DNA of 63,463 nt, the filler included, from Craspedostauros australis (lineage: Eukaryota): the NCBI GenBank assembly GCA_030167865.1. It is 9 parts of 9 records of this genome, joined end to end, with 100 filler letters (N's around TTAATTAATTAA, not from the genome) between each part and the next. Parts side by side here need not be neighbours in the genome. Positions count along the whole stretch, not along the records: positions 1 to 26,986 come from JALAGF010004393.1; 8 more parts are not named here. The stretch is one strand, 5' to 3'. The notes under the pieces are model-generated. The model did no database searches. It was given only the letters and a program-made list of their open reading frames with translations, and was not told where the DNA came from. Below are positions 10,701 to 21,147 of this stretch, in pieces. The position numbers and the translations under genes are program-made. How positions within the stretch are numbered: position 1 is the first letter of the stretch; each line of letters begins with the position of its first letter.

Positions 10701-12029
10701 TTTGTGTCGGGCGTCATGATCACTCTGGCCTATCTCTACAAGTGCCTCTTCCATCCCGACTTCTTCTGGCTGGAATGGCGATCGTCGACGCGCATCCACT
10801 TTTGCAACGGCCCCAACCTGGCCATGCTCATGCTCACGCTCTCCATCCCCGACGCCGTGCAATCCAGCAACCAAGCCTACGTCACCGTGTTCTCGATCGG
10901 CCTGGTGTACCAGGTGATCATGACCCAGGTCGTGTATTCCCAATGGATGTTTGGCGCGGATCGATCTGGCGATGCTTCTTCGAACATGATGGACGACAGC
11001 ATGGGGCACGACAATCGCACCGAACTGCCGCTCACATCTGCAGCTGGCGCCTCCAAGAGCCCAAGCGGTGGCGACGCAGAAGGATCGCAGCTGACTTGCG
11101 CGCAGCCTCAGTTCTTTCTCTCCATCGTGGGTTGGTTCCTTCTGTCCGTCTTGGCGGTGCAGGCGGACATTGAGGGACAGTGGGGCATACCGATGGCGAG
11201 CTTCTGTCTTGGGATTGGAACGATCTTTGCCCTCATGCTTCTCATCTCCGTCTTCCAGGGCCTCTACCAGCACGCGGGCCTTCGAGGTAGCCCAGCTCTG
11301 ACGCTCATGATTGCGATTCCAAGCCTTGCTGTCGTTGCGCTGCATGGCATCGAAAACGGCACGCTGAGCCTGGACGTGATCGACGCGCCCGAAACTTCGT
11401 CGTCGAATGGCGATGTGAACATGGCATCGACGAGCGCGTCGTTCGACTTTGGCGAAGACGACAATGAAGCCGCCAAACAAGGCGTCGTGAGGGGTGAGTT
11501 TCCGCTGGCGGGCGAGCTTCTCCTGGGCTGGTGCTGCTTCATGGTGCTGCTGCTGTTGAAGCTGGGGCCGAAGATTTGCCAAAACCCATCGACCTTTGGT
11601 GCGTACTGGGCGTACGTGTTCCCTCTGAGCTCGCTGGCTTCGGCGCTGACCCGTTACGCCGTCGTGATGGACACGAGAGCAACACACGTGATGGCTGGTG
11701 CTTCCATCGGCATCGCCACGATGGCAGTGATGATTGTGTTCTTGAGGATGTTCTGGCACCTGCTGTTGACTTCGTTCACAGAACGCTACACCTGGGCAGA
11801 TCCACTCTTGAATCTGCCTTCCGACCTTGCGACGAGCACAGGATCCGACTGGACGCTCGCGGAAGAGGAGGTGGCAGCGAGAACGGAACGAATGCACATG
11901 CAGAGTCGCTCGGCAGGACTTGACATCCACCCCACCTCGACAACCAGCGGGACCATGACGAGAGCATCACCATCGCCTTCGTCGGCAGCGTCGTCTCCCA
12001 ACCGAACGGCCTCTCGCACGGGTGCGTAA
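7707..12029 (+). CDS. SLAC1/TehA (TDT) family anion channel with a ~930-aa low-complexity N-terminal extension
   Basis: The C-terminal ~450 aa hold about 10 hydrophobic segments. LRMPNTAFGISMGLAGNALLWK resembles SLAC1 TM1 (RFPIGCFGICLGL), EW…RIHF…P resembles the conserved TM2-TM3 loop, and FGAYWAYVFPL resembles SLAC1 WWSYTFP with the gate Phe. The N-terminus is S/T/A/N-rich. Confidence 0.85.
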   Translation: MDFLFGRTASPAPASTTTPTTTSALGYDRTRTSSTSAINSDGKTTARASTSATASSHSQSRITPTTTTTRGRGREREWRTPSHSTGATYQSRFDRGESRASTSTSTGNGTTTGIGQSIATGLARFQQATRPLHHQQQQHQQNEYDATLPSASQPALASISSARASSFSYNPSNPSNPYSARAYSHTQSAERSTTLRPWSSSMSTRKPSASDTSHTTMVSSLPTPATASASASASTPAATSTSAAMATSTTATTTTAVSVSQKDDLCRSDTASNSTSASRGHQSLRLPAQEIKLLRSILMDESYLSTTMDDDTVANASHISMDSLLPSNIKPARAERKYEYFQDLHSEEKKETDLPVPSIHAGNNTSILAIKTDTPTEESGHTASPTQSESSDSTSTNGKSHRGAFPDSATCSTEHLPPSPPDEREATDVPPSTASLPALASAPASSLAAVPPRATDGDADGNKPGAEPPAPVSSIGASARSKMRQLEQTFLALQTHGATLISAPSASTTTAKAPSAATLERVQSDASDKADGLTWRLDSTSIFRGLKSPPAVGSTTMESSLMAQMQRTSSSMSSSRIFEDSTTSTEVDAVSINGHDNAHGDGASVNAADSSSQSAPSLLTPASVDSATADLRRVAALELLAKETSRGWNINGQMAQVADQRVLSLADDESEGDFDLLLDLSPGKHTSGFEPGDAGNSKSGAGGKAHRGKKTHADSSIGITRLMGASGQKPGNGSQTTSATGHPKRQDATMANRKAHNSSDPGTQPAKRTSTFGDNNNKSSHSNNGNSSSSPATSPKNNLLVAPLAPGESSGDDDNHSNMNGNNMDTSNAINTDDDIEANRNGSNNGNNGNNSRRKNGSNNGNNGPMKKAFNKGSTSHHFEITSESSSDNASSFVYRTPSNDMGSLDDRSGSGSARRQTLLPRSQHRSDALAPLTDDPLILRMPNTAFGISMGLAGNALLWKTVVQADFLVGGESDNGELAVFRKDNIELANTIMWFAAFVSGVMITLAYLYKCLFHPDFFWLEWRSSTRIHFCNGPNLAMLMLTLSIPDAVQSSNQAYVTVFSIGLVYQVIMTQVVYSQWMFGADRSGDASSNMMDDSMGHDNRTELPLTSAAGASKSPSGGDAEGSQLTCAQPQFFLSIVGWFLLSVLAVQADIEGQWGIPMASFCLGIGTIFALMLLISVFQGLYQHAGLRGSPALTLMIAIPSLAVVALHGIENGTLSLDVIDAPETSSSNGDVNMASTSASFDFGEDDNEAAKQGVVRGEFPLAGELLLGWCCFMVLLLLKLGPKICQNPSTFGAYWAYVFPLSSLASALTRYAVVMDTRATHVMAGASIGIATMAVMIVFLRMFWHLLLTSFTERYTWADPLLNLPSDLATSTGSDWTLAEEEVAARTERMHMQSRSAGLDIHPTSTTSGTMTRASPSPSSAASSPNRTASRTGA

Positions 12030-12473
12030 AATGCACGCAGCCATGCCGAATTTGCAAACCATAAGAAGACGGATACGGAGGCACTGAGCAGTAACCAGGG
12101 GAATGGTGATGCAACATGTCCATCTGTAGTAGAACGAGTGCATGGGGACGGTGGCAGATTCGGCGGCGACGTCGTCACGAGAAATACTGGATCATCGTCC
12201 AGAGGAGCACGGCAACAAGTACGGGTACGTTCGAGTATTGTAATAGTGGCCATGAACTAAACACAAAACAGCAAGCTATTATGCGTTTATAGTAGAATAT
12301 CACACTCGCGAATGTATTGGCAAGACGAGCGCGATGTTGCCGCTGCGCATGTGATTGTTGACGCGTCGCAAAGCTGTGTTCATGATGTCCTCATCCATGT
12401 CCCATTGAGGTGGTGGTGGCGTCACACGGAGTCGCGAATGTCACCTCCAACAGGAACCGGAGGTGGTGAAGAC

Positions 12474-12638
12474 TGTCAGTATCGTGAGGGTGATAGTGTG
12501 ATGCTATGATGTTATACTGTGTGTAGGATGAGGATCGGAGAGGATTATGAGGACAGGAGACGGATGGCTCTGTGTCTCCTCCTGTGTGAGGGCCTTGCGG
12601 ACCGTCTGTCCTTCGTCAGGCCCATGGGTATGCCAACA
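12474..12638 (-). mobile_element. Solo LTR (165 bp) of an LTR retrotransposon with 5-bp target-site duplication
   Basis: Begins TGTCAGTAT and ends ATGCCAACA (TG…CA, imperfect inverted termini). AAGAC flanks both sides (12469-12473 and 12639-12643). A diverged second copy lies at 51243-51412; strand is inferred from that copy. Confidence 0.85.
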
Positions 12639-14631
12639 AAGACAAGAAGAGGACGAAAGGGAGATGACATGCACGATGCGAACTCTTTTCTTGGAGACAC
12701 AGCATCCGTGACGGACAGGGCAGGATGCGTCCTGGTTTGGTCTTGCATCTGCTACTCCGTTGGGTGTAGGGGTAGAGAGAGAGGAAGGATGCGCGCACCA
12801 GTACCCGCGCTCGCGCCAGAGTCTGAGAATCGTGATGTGGGCGATCCCGTTTCGGATCTTGGGATCATGATATCACGAAGGACAAGCTGCGTTGATGTGT
12901 GTCTCGCCTCTTCTCATTGTCTTTCTCTTTGCCGAAGTGAGCCAATGTGAAGAACGATGATGTTGGTGTGTCACACATCCTGGCTCTGTGACATTGCTTT
13001 GCGAAGCGTTCACCTGAGACACTTTTCGAGTGTCCATGTTCAGGTGACGTCCAGGCCGCGTCATGGTTACTATGTGGTGGCTATGCTGTGGCTGTGTGGT
13101 GGCCACCAATACTATTACTATTCTCGGTATGCACTTGTGGCTCGTAGAGTACGTTGCTATCGTGCAACGGTGATCTCACCGCCGGCAAAGCCACGCATGG
13201 GAAGCAGAGAGCACGAGAGGCAGACGCTTTGAAGTACTACGACTATGCGATAGATAGTGCTCTGCGCCGCATACCATCCAACAGTAGCGGCAACACACTG
13301 CCACAAGGGTCTTCTCCGCTTCCAACCGCTCCAAGGCCACCCCGGTTCTGCGGAACAGAACGCATCAGTCAAGTGGAACACAAGCCATCCATCGATTCAC
13401 AGCGGCCAACAATCCTGTACCCGGGTCGTATCTGGTGGTGCCGTAGCATCTGTGGTCGTGACTTGCACGAGCCACCAATACACGAACCTGCGATGCGGCC
13501 TCTCGCCATACGCGTACAAGCATGGTACAGCGGATGGCTTCGTTTCGATGAGAGTGGCAAGACATCACGAACCCACCAGACAACACCATGGGCACCACAA
13601 GATTGCGCCGCAAGGGAAGAAGCCTGTGCACAGAGAAGAAGGAGGAGCAGAATGCACCATCGCTTGTGCTTGGCTGATGCCTGGCGCAACCAGAAGAGGG
13701 ACAGATTGAACACTTTTTGGCGTTCTCGGACACCGTTGAGCGTGTGGAAAAAATCATATTCAAGTCACGGATGCTCGAGAACAGAGTTTGAAAAATTAGA
13801 CGTCATTATTGGGGATCGCTTGACGTCATCTGTCATACGAAAAGGTGGAGTATGCTGTTGTGTGGCATGTCCCACAGCGAGACAGACTCATTTGTGACAC
13901 AGAAGCGACTTGATACTTACATACCGCAAGAGTCATTGACGCCGTTCAGTTTGGCGAAAAACCGATTCTCGCCAAAGTTGCGTGCGAACAGATGCCAAGT
14001 GGCGCTTCGAAGTGTTATTTGGACACGTTTCCCACGTCCCGATCCCCGCTGAAAACGAACAAATGGGCAGTCACGAGCGTGTGTGCTTGGATATTTAGCG
14101 GATTCGTGTGTGAGGCAGTTACGGAGTGGGGAGATGAAAATTCTTGTTTGTGTGTTTGGTTCTTGTGGGCATCGGCATGTGGGCGGAGGTGCCATTGGAA
14201 AATGACATGACACTTGGTCGTGGACGGAGTTGGCTGGTTATTGCAACGTGAGCGAGTCGGTTGAAGGGCAGGATGTCAGCAGAGGTGCAACTTGCGCGCT
14301 CAGTGCAGGTGGCGGCGACCAAGCAAGATGAGTCTGTGCTCAAGAGGGGATTCTGGCAGTCGTGTGGGGCGCAGCGCCTTGTTGCTGTGCAGCCATGTGG
14401 TTGTGTGGGTCGCTGTTTGGTGATGATGAATGTCTGCAGTTCACCACCCTTTTGCGTTCCCTCTCTGTTCTGTGGCGCTTGGTTTTCTCAACATCGTCGG
14501 CACTCACGCCACTCACACCGTCGTCATACATCGCGCACCATCCACATCGTTCACACAGATCAAAACACACAATAGAGCGCTTGGCATCAACCGAATTGTC
14601 CACACAAACCAGTCTGCCACCACCACTCCCT

Positions 14632-15584
14632 CCAGCATCTGCCACCGATCGCTCAAAGCACAACAGCTCGCATCACATCAAAGAACATCAAAGCACGCCA
14701 CAGCGAAGTGGAAATAGAACCAAGACACTTTCCAGTCCATCACTGCACAGAGCACTCACAAGTCGTACGAACACTTCTGCCATCGATAGCGAGAGAGAGA
14801 GAGAGAGTGTGTGTGTATCAGCATCATACGGTCTACTCGTGCCAAAGCATTATTCATCCCCAAACACAGTCCAAACACAACCCAACTCATTCCCAGTCTC
14901 CATTCTCATAAAAATAAAACCCAGCACAATCCAATCGAAGACATCAGCACATCAACAGCACAGGTGAGGACACAATGAACATGGTAAACCATGCAAGGAC
15001 ATGACTGTGCGCAAGGTCACCTGTTTGTTGCTTCCGACCTTTACGGCCTTGCCCGCTCTTCCGAGTCCGCCATGATGAGCTGCCACCACTATCGCCGCTA
15101 TCATCACTGCACCAATTGCCTGCTGCCACTATTGTCGCCACTATTGCCGCCACTTCGTTGTTGATGGTAAATGCGGGATTTGAACCTCTCCCTTGAACGG
15201 AGCGCGGTAAATCGGGTCTCTGTCTTTCACTTCCGTTTGCACACCAACTTGAAGGAACAGATCATGCAGGAATAGACGATGCAGGAACAACAACGACAAC
15301 AATCGTCCACTCATCACTTCTTCCGGAACGTCCCTCGTTTCTGCCGCTTCTGCTCTTTCCGCTTCTCCTTCATCTGTCCACTTCACTCCCATCGTCTGCG
15401 ATGCGCTGCCACGTGCACTTTCTTCAACTCTCTATTGGAACTCTTCACATTGGTGCCGCACCAATACCATGCGCAATTGTACACGCTGCTATTATTCCTA
15501 TGCTTCCATTTGCCGTGTCCAATTGCCACTTTACAATTGCCACATCTCATAATATCAGCTCTCACAATAAGCAAAGGCAACAAC

Positions 15585-15616
<32 letters not shown>

Positions 15617-17735
15617 CAACAACAGCCATGGCATTCACCATCAGCTCTTCGGCATTCAAGCTGGCTCTCATCGTCGCCACTCTGTCAGCCTCCGGATGGG
15701 CTCCATTCGCGCCACAGCGAGTACTGGCACAGCCCCAGATCCGCAAGCGCATCGGACGCTTCGGAGACTTGGAACCTGCCGCGAATTCCAAAGATGGATC
15801 TGCCAACAACGTTGACACAAACAACGAAGACAATGCTGCCGCTAATACTGCTGCTGATGATGAAGATCAAAATGATGACGAAGACGATGAAGACATGTTC
15901 GTGATGCCAAGGAGGCGCTACATCAAGGGCGACAAGGGCGGCTCCTCCAACATCAACCAACTGCTCCACGTGCCATGCGTGGACTTCGACCATCCAGAGG
16001 TGCAGGCTGCCAAGAACATGACCGCCACCGATGCTCTCTGCCTCACTAACTCCTGCGACGAAGGCTGCTGCCGTTACCACTCCTCCGGCCTCTACTGCGA
16101 CACCTCCTTCACGTTCCCTTACACGGCTTGCGTCTGCAACGCCAACACTGACCGTGAAGCCAACGTCACGGTCCCCATTGATATTGGGCCCATCGCTCCA
16201 ACTCCCGTCCCCTCCGCGATGCCAAGCGCAGCGCCCGTCACTCCGGCTCCCATCCTGGGCTCAAACACGCCCGACGCCGATGTCTGCCTTGAAGGATCCT
16301 TCTTCCAGGACGATACCACGCACAACTGCGATCAGGCATCGGCCTGCAACGGGGTCACCATTGGCGGCAAGGTCACTTGCTGCTTGAGGGTCTTCTGCTT
16401 CTGTGAGACCTTCGACGACTTCGACAACGAGTGCGTCCCATTCCCATAAGCGCCCGGATCAAAGCACCGGCCAGAGCTTTTGCCGTTAAAGTACAACCAG
16501 GTACATCCAAGTACATTCAAAAGCAAGCACACAAAGGGGAAGAGGGGTGGACCACCAGCGTTAACGCGATTTGTCATTCGCACACTGTACCAACATGCAT
16601 ATCCAAAGATCCAATGGAACCACCTTCAGGAGGCAGCGACAGCGTCAGCGCATGTATCGCAACCGGCGCTCACATGCTGTGCTCAACGGGCCGATCGAAC
16701 CATGTACCGTATTCTAATACATTGCAATACGTCGGAGCAATACGCTCTGCAGCACTAGAGAGAGAGAGAGTAACCGTACGTTGTACGCTATTAATACAAA
16801 CTACAATTACATCTACATTTGAACAGAGTAGACGAGAGCAAAGTAGAGCACAGCATGGCATAGCAGAGTATCAATTGAAGCCTCATCCGCGAAGCGATGC
16901 CCTCAGCATTCGCGACCTCTCTTTCGCAGCACATCCCAGAGCATGACCGAAGTATTTCGTATAATATAATATCATATCATATCATATCATATCATAGAAT
17001 GCTTTGGCTACACCTAACAGTACACGTCATACGATTCAATTGTTCGTCTTTGATAACAATGTCGAAAGGAAAGCATGCGAAAGGATCGTGCAAGATCCAG
17101 AGTGCAACAGCGCACGAACTGCATTCAAACCGACCACTATCAACCAAGAGTAGTTGGGCAGTGCAGCACACCCACGACACGAATGCAATCGTTTGTGCGT
17201 GACACACGAAGGTTGGATTCTTCGCCTTCGGCAGAATCTCGCACATGTTGTTGCGATCTCCGCTGTTCGCTGTTCCCACCGCTGATGTCACTGCTGATGC
17301 CATTGTCGCATTCTCATCCTTTCTTGCGTCTGCGAGGGCATTCCCACGACATTCTCCTTCATCGTATTGCTTGAAGTGGATGCTGATGCAGGTGTTTGCG
17401 GTGCCAGAGAGAGAGAGAGAGAAAGAGAGAGAGAGCGTGGCTGATTCGCATCCGATGCCGCCTCCCTCTCTGGTTTGGACACTTTGTTGTAAGACGGTTG
17501 CATTGCTCATGATTCAACACGCGCCGTAATTGGACACAGAAGACGCGCCAGAACACGCAACCACCCGAACTGTGCCTATCACACGAAACTGAACATTGGC
17601 ATGTCATGTCAAACATGCACAAGTAACCCCAGCTGCTTCCTTCATCCTCGTCCTCGTATTGGTAACTTGTGTTGACAATCGCACTACATTCTCCGTACTA
17701 TATCGAGCACAGCGCCACTATATTCCATTGTCACG

Positions 17736-17773
<38 letters not shown>

Positions 17774-17820
17774 GAGAGAATATTCAAAACTCCAATGAAC
17801 CAACCAAGGACAGCAGCACC
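14632..17820 (+). repeat. Tandem segmental duplication, unit 1 (~3.2 kb)
   Basis: Aligns by eye over its whole length with 17821-21147 (starts CCAGCATCTGCCACCGA…, ends …CCAATGAACCAACCAAGGACAGCA), including non-coding flanks, with scattered substitutions and indels. Confidence 0.9.
15628..16449 (+). CDS. Secreted two-Cys-domain protein with the shared C-terminal 8-Cys domain (family member 3)
   Basis: 273 aa: signal peptide, acidic pro-region, RRR site, KGDKGG. An 8-Cys module (C..CLTNSCDEGCCR..C..CVCNANT) is followed by a PTS linker and C..GSFFQ..C..C..CCLRVFCFC..ECVP. Confidence 0.88.
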   Translation: MAFTISSSAFKLALIVATLSASGWAPFAPQRVLAQPQIRKRIGRFGDLEPAANSKDGSANNVDTNNEDNAAANTAADDEDQNDDEDDEDMFVMPRRRYIKGDKGGSSNINQLLHVPCVDFDHPEVQAAKNMTATDALCLTNSCDEGCCRYHSSGLYCDTSFTFPYTACVCNANTDREANVTVPIDIGPIAPTPVPSAMPSAAPVTPAPILGSNTPDADVCLEGSFFQDDTTHNCDQASACNGVTIGGKVTCCLRVFCFCETFDDFDNECVPFP

Positions 17821-18820
17821 ACCAGCATCTGCCACCGACCGCACCAAAGCACAACACCTCACACCAAACAACATCAAAGCACGACACGGTGAAGTGGAGA
17901 TAAAGCTAAGACATTTTCCAGTCCATCACTGCACAGAATACTCGCAAGTCGTACGAACACTTGTGCCATCGATAGCGAGAGAGAGTGTGTGTGTATCAGC
18001 ATCATGCGATCGACTCGTGCCATAGCATCATACATCCCCAAACACAGCCCAACTCATTCCCACTCTCCATTCTCATAAAAATAAACCCAGCGCAATCCAA
18101 TCGAAGACAACACACAGCAGCACATCAACAGCACAGGTGAGGACACAATGAACATGGCAAACCATGCAAGGACATGACTGTGCGCAAGGCCACCTGTTTG
18201 TTGCTTCCGACCTTTACGGCCTTGCCCGTTCTTCCGAGTCCACCATGATGAGCTGCCACCACTATCGCCGCTATCATCACTGCACCAATTGCCTGCTGCC
18301 ACTTCATTGTTGATGGTAAATACGGGATTTGAACCTCTCCTTGAACGGAGCGCGGTAAATCGGGTCTCTGTCTTTCACTTCCGTTTCCACATCAACAACT
18401 TGAAGGAACAGATGATGATGCAGGAACAGATGATGGCAGGAATAACATCAGCAATCGTCCACTCGTCACTTCTTCCGGAACGTCCCTCGTTTCTACCGCT
18501 TCTGCTCTTTCCGCTTCTCCTTCTTCCGCTTCTCCTTCATCTGTCCACTTCATTCCCATCTCCCGGGATGCACTGCCAAGTGCACTTTCTTCAACTCTCT
18601 ATTGGAACTCTTCACATTGGTGCCATACCAATCCCATGCGCAATCGTAACCAATCGTGCACAATCGTACGCAATCGTACACGTTCTACTATTATACCTAA
18701 GCTTCCATTTGCCATGTCCAATTGCCACTTTCCAATTGCCACATCGCACCTCACACCTCGCACATCGCACATCTCATAATATCAGCTCTCGCAATAAGCA
18801 AAGGCAACAACAACACCACC

Positions 18821-18851
<31 letters not shown>

Positions 18852-21147
18852 GCCATGGCATTCACCATCAGGTCCTCGGCATTCAAGCTGGCTCTCATCG
18901 TCGCCACTTTGTCAGCCTCCGGATGGGCTCCATTCGCGCCACAGGGAGTACTGGCACAGCCCCAGATCCGCAAGCGCGTCGGACGCTTCGGAGACTTGGA
19001 ACATGCCACGAATTCCAAAGATGGATCTGCCAACAACGTTGACACAAACGACGAAGACGATGAAGACAATGCTGCCGCTGATGCTGCTGATCAAGCTAAC
19101 AATGATGACGAAGACGACGAGGAAATGTTCGTGATGCCAAGGAGGCGCTACGCCAAGAGCGGCAAGGGCGGCGACTCCAACATCAACAAACTGCTCCACT
19201 TTCCATGCGTGGACTTCGAACATCCAGAGGTGCAGGCTGCCAAGGACATGCCCGACACCGATGCTCTCTGCCTCACTAACTCCTGCGACGACGGCTGTTG
19301 CCGTTACCACTCCTCCGGCCTCTTCTGCGACACCTCCTTCCGGTTCCCTTACGCCGCCTGCGTCTGCAACGCCAACACTGACCGTGAAGCCAACATCACC
19401 ATCCCCATTGATTTTACCATCGATCCAACTCTCGCCCCCTCCACCGTACCGCCCACCACTCCAACTCCTATCGTCGGCTCAGACACGCCCGACACCGATA
19501 TCTGCCTTGAAGGATCCTTCTTCCAGGACGAGACCACGCACAACTGCGATCAGGCATCGGCCTGCCAGGGGGTCACCATCGGCGGCAGAGTCACTTGCTG
19601 CTTGAGGGTCTTCTGCTTCTGCGAGACCTTCGACGACTTCGACAACGAGTGCGTCCCATTCGCATAAGCGCCCAGGTCAAAGCACCAGCCAGCGCTTTTG
19701 CCGTTAAAGTACATCCAAGTACATCCAAATACAACCAGGTACATCCAAGTACATGCAAAAGCAGGCACACAAAAGGGGAAGAGGGGTGGACCGCCAGCGT
19801 TAACGCGATTTGTCATTCGCACACTGTACCAACATGCATATCCAAAGATCCAACGCAACCACCATCAGGAGGCAGCGACAGCGTCAGCGCATGTATCGCA
19901 GCCGGCGCTCGCATGCTGTGCTCAACGGGCCGGTCGAACCATGTACCGTATTCTAATACATTGCAATACGTCGGAGCAATACGCTCTGCAGCACTAGAGA
20001 GAGAGAGAGAGAGAGAGAGAGTAACCGTACGTTGTACGCTATAAATACAAACTACAATTACATCTACATTTGAACAGAGTTGACGAGGGCAAAGTGGAGC
20101 ATGACACAGCAGAGTATCTACTGAGCCCAGCACCATTCGCATCAATTTGGCAAGATTGCAAGACAAGATGCGATCGTGTATTGTGTTGTCGATGCGAACA
20201 TCCACAGCCAACACCACCAAGAGAAGCCTCATCTGCGAAGCGATGCCCTCAGCATTCGCGACCTCTCTCTCGCAGCACATACCAGAGCACGACCGAAGTA
20301 TTTCGTATAATAGAATATCATATCATAGAATAGAATGCTTTGGCTACACCTAACAGTACACGTCATACGATTCAATCGTTCGTCTTTGATAGCAATGTCG
20401 AAAGGGTAGCATGCGAAAGGATCGTGCAAGATTCAGAGTGCAACAGCGCACGAATTGCATCCAAACCGACGACTATCAACCAAGAGTAGTTGGGCAGTGC
20501 AGCACACCCACGACACGAATGCATTCGTTTATGCGTGACACAGGAAGGTTGGATTCTTCGCCTTCGGCAGAATCTCGCACATGTTGTTGCGATCGCTGCT
20601 GTTCGCTGTTCCCACCGCTGATGTCACTGCTGATGCCATTGTTGCATTCTCATCCTTTCTTGCATCTGCGAGGGCATTCCCACGACATTCTCCTTCACCG
20701 TATTGCTTGAAGTGGATGCTGATGCAGGTGTTTGCGATGCCAGAGAGTGGCCCAATGCCAGAACTATTCGCATCCGATGCCGCCTCCCACTCTGGTTTGT
20801 GCGCTTTGTCGTGAGACGGTTGCATTGCTCATGATTCAACACGCGCCGTAATTGGACACAGAAGACGCGCCAGAACACGCAACCACCCGAACTGTGCCCT
20901 ATCACACGAAAATGAGCATTGACATGTCGCAGATACAGACGAGCGCCTCGACTAATGCCGACCCTCGCCAGCTGCTTCCTTCATCATCCTCATCCTCGTA
21001 TTGGTAACTTGTGTTAACAATCGCGCTACATTCTCCGTACTATATCGAGCACAGCGCCACTATATAGTATTCCATTGTCACGCTCCTCTCTCTCTCTCTC
21101 TCTCTGTGTGTGGAGAGAATGTTCAAACCTCCAATGAACCAACCAAG
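17821..21147 (+). repeat. Tandem segmental duplication, unit 2 (~3.3 kb)
   Basis: Direct repeat of 14632-17820; contains ~100 extra bp at about 20120-20220 that unit 1 lacks. Confidence 0.9.
18855..19667 (+). CDS. Secreted two-Cys-domain protein (family member 4; tandem paralog of 15628..16449)
   Basis: 270 aa. All 16 Cys are conserved with 15628..16449; differences concentrate in the acidic pro-region and PTS linker. Confidence 0.88.
   Translation: MAFTIRSSAFKLALIVATLSASGWAPFAPQGVLAQPQIRKRVGRFGDLEHATNSKDGSANNVDTNDEDDEDNAAADAADQANNDDEDDEEMFVMPRRRYAKSGKGGDSNINKLLHFPCVDFEHPEVQAAKDMPDTDALCLTNSCDDGCCRYHSSGLFCDTSFRFPYAACVCNANTDREANITIPIDFTIDPTLAPSTVPPTTPTPIVGSDTPDTDICLEGSFFQDETTHNCDQASACQGVTIGGRVTCCLRVFCFCETFDDFDNECVPFA

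Noticed and set aside
13950..13976. Inverted repeat TTTGGCGA-N11-TCGCCAAA
   Set aside because: A single 8-bp stem is expected by chance in a window this long, and there is no supporting context.
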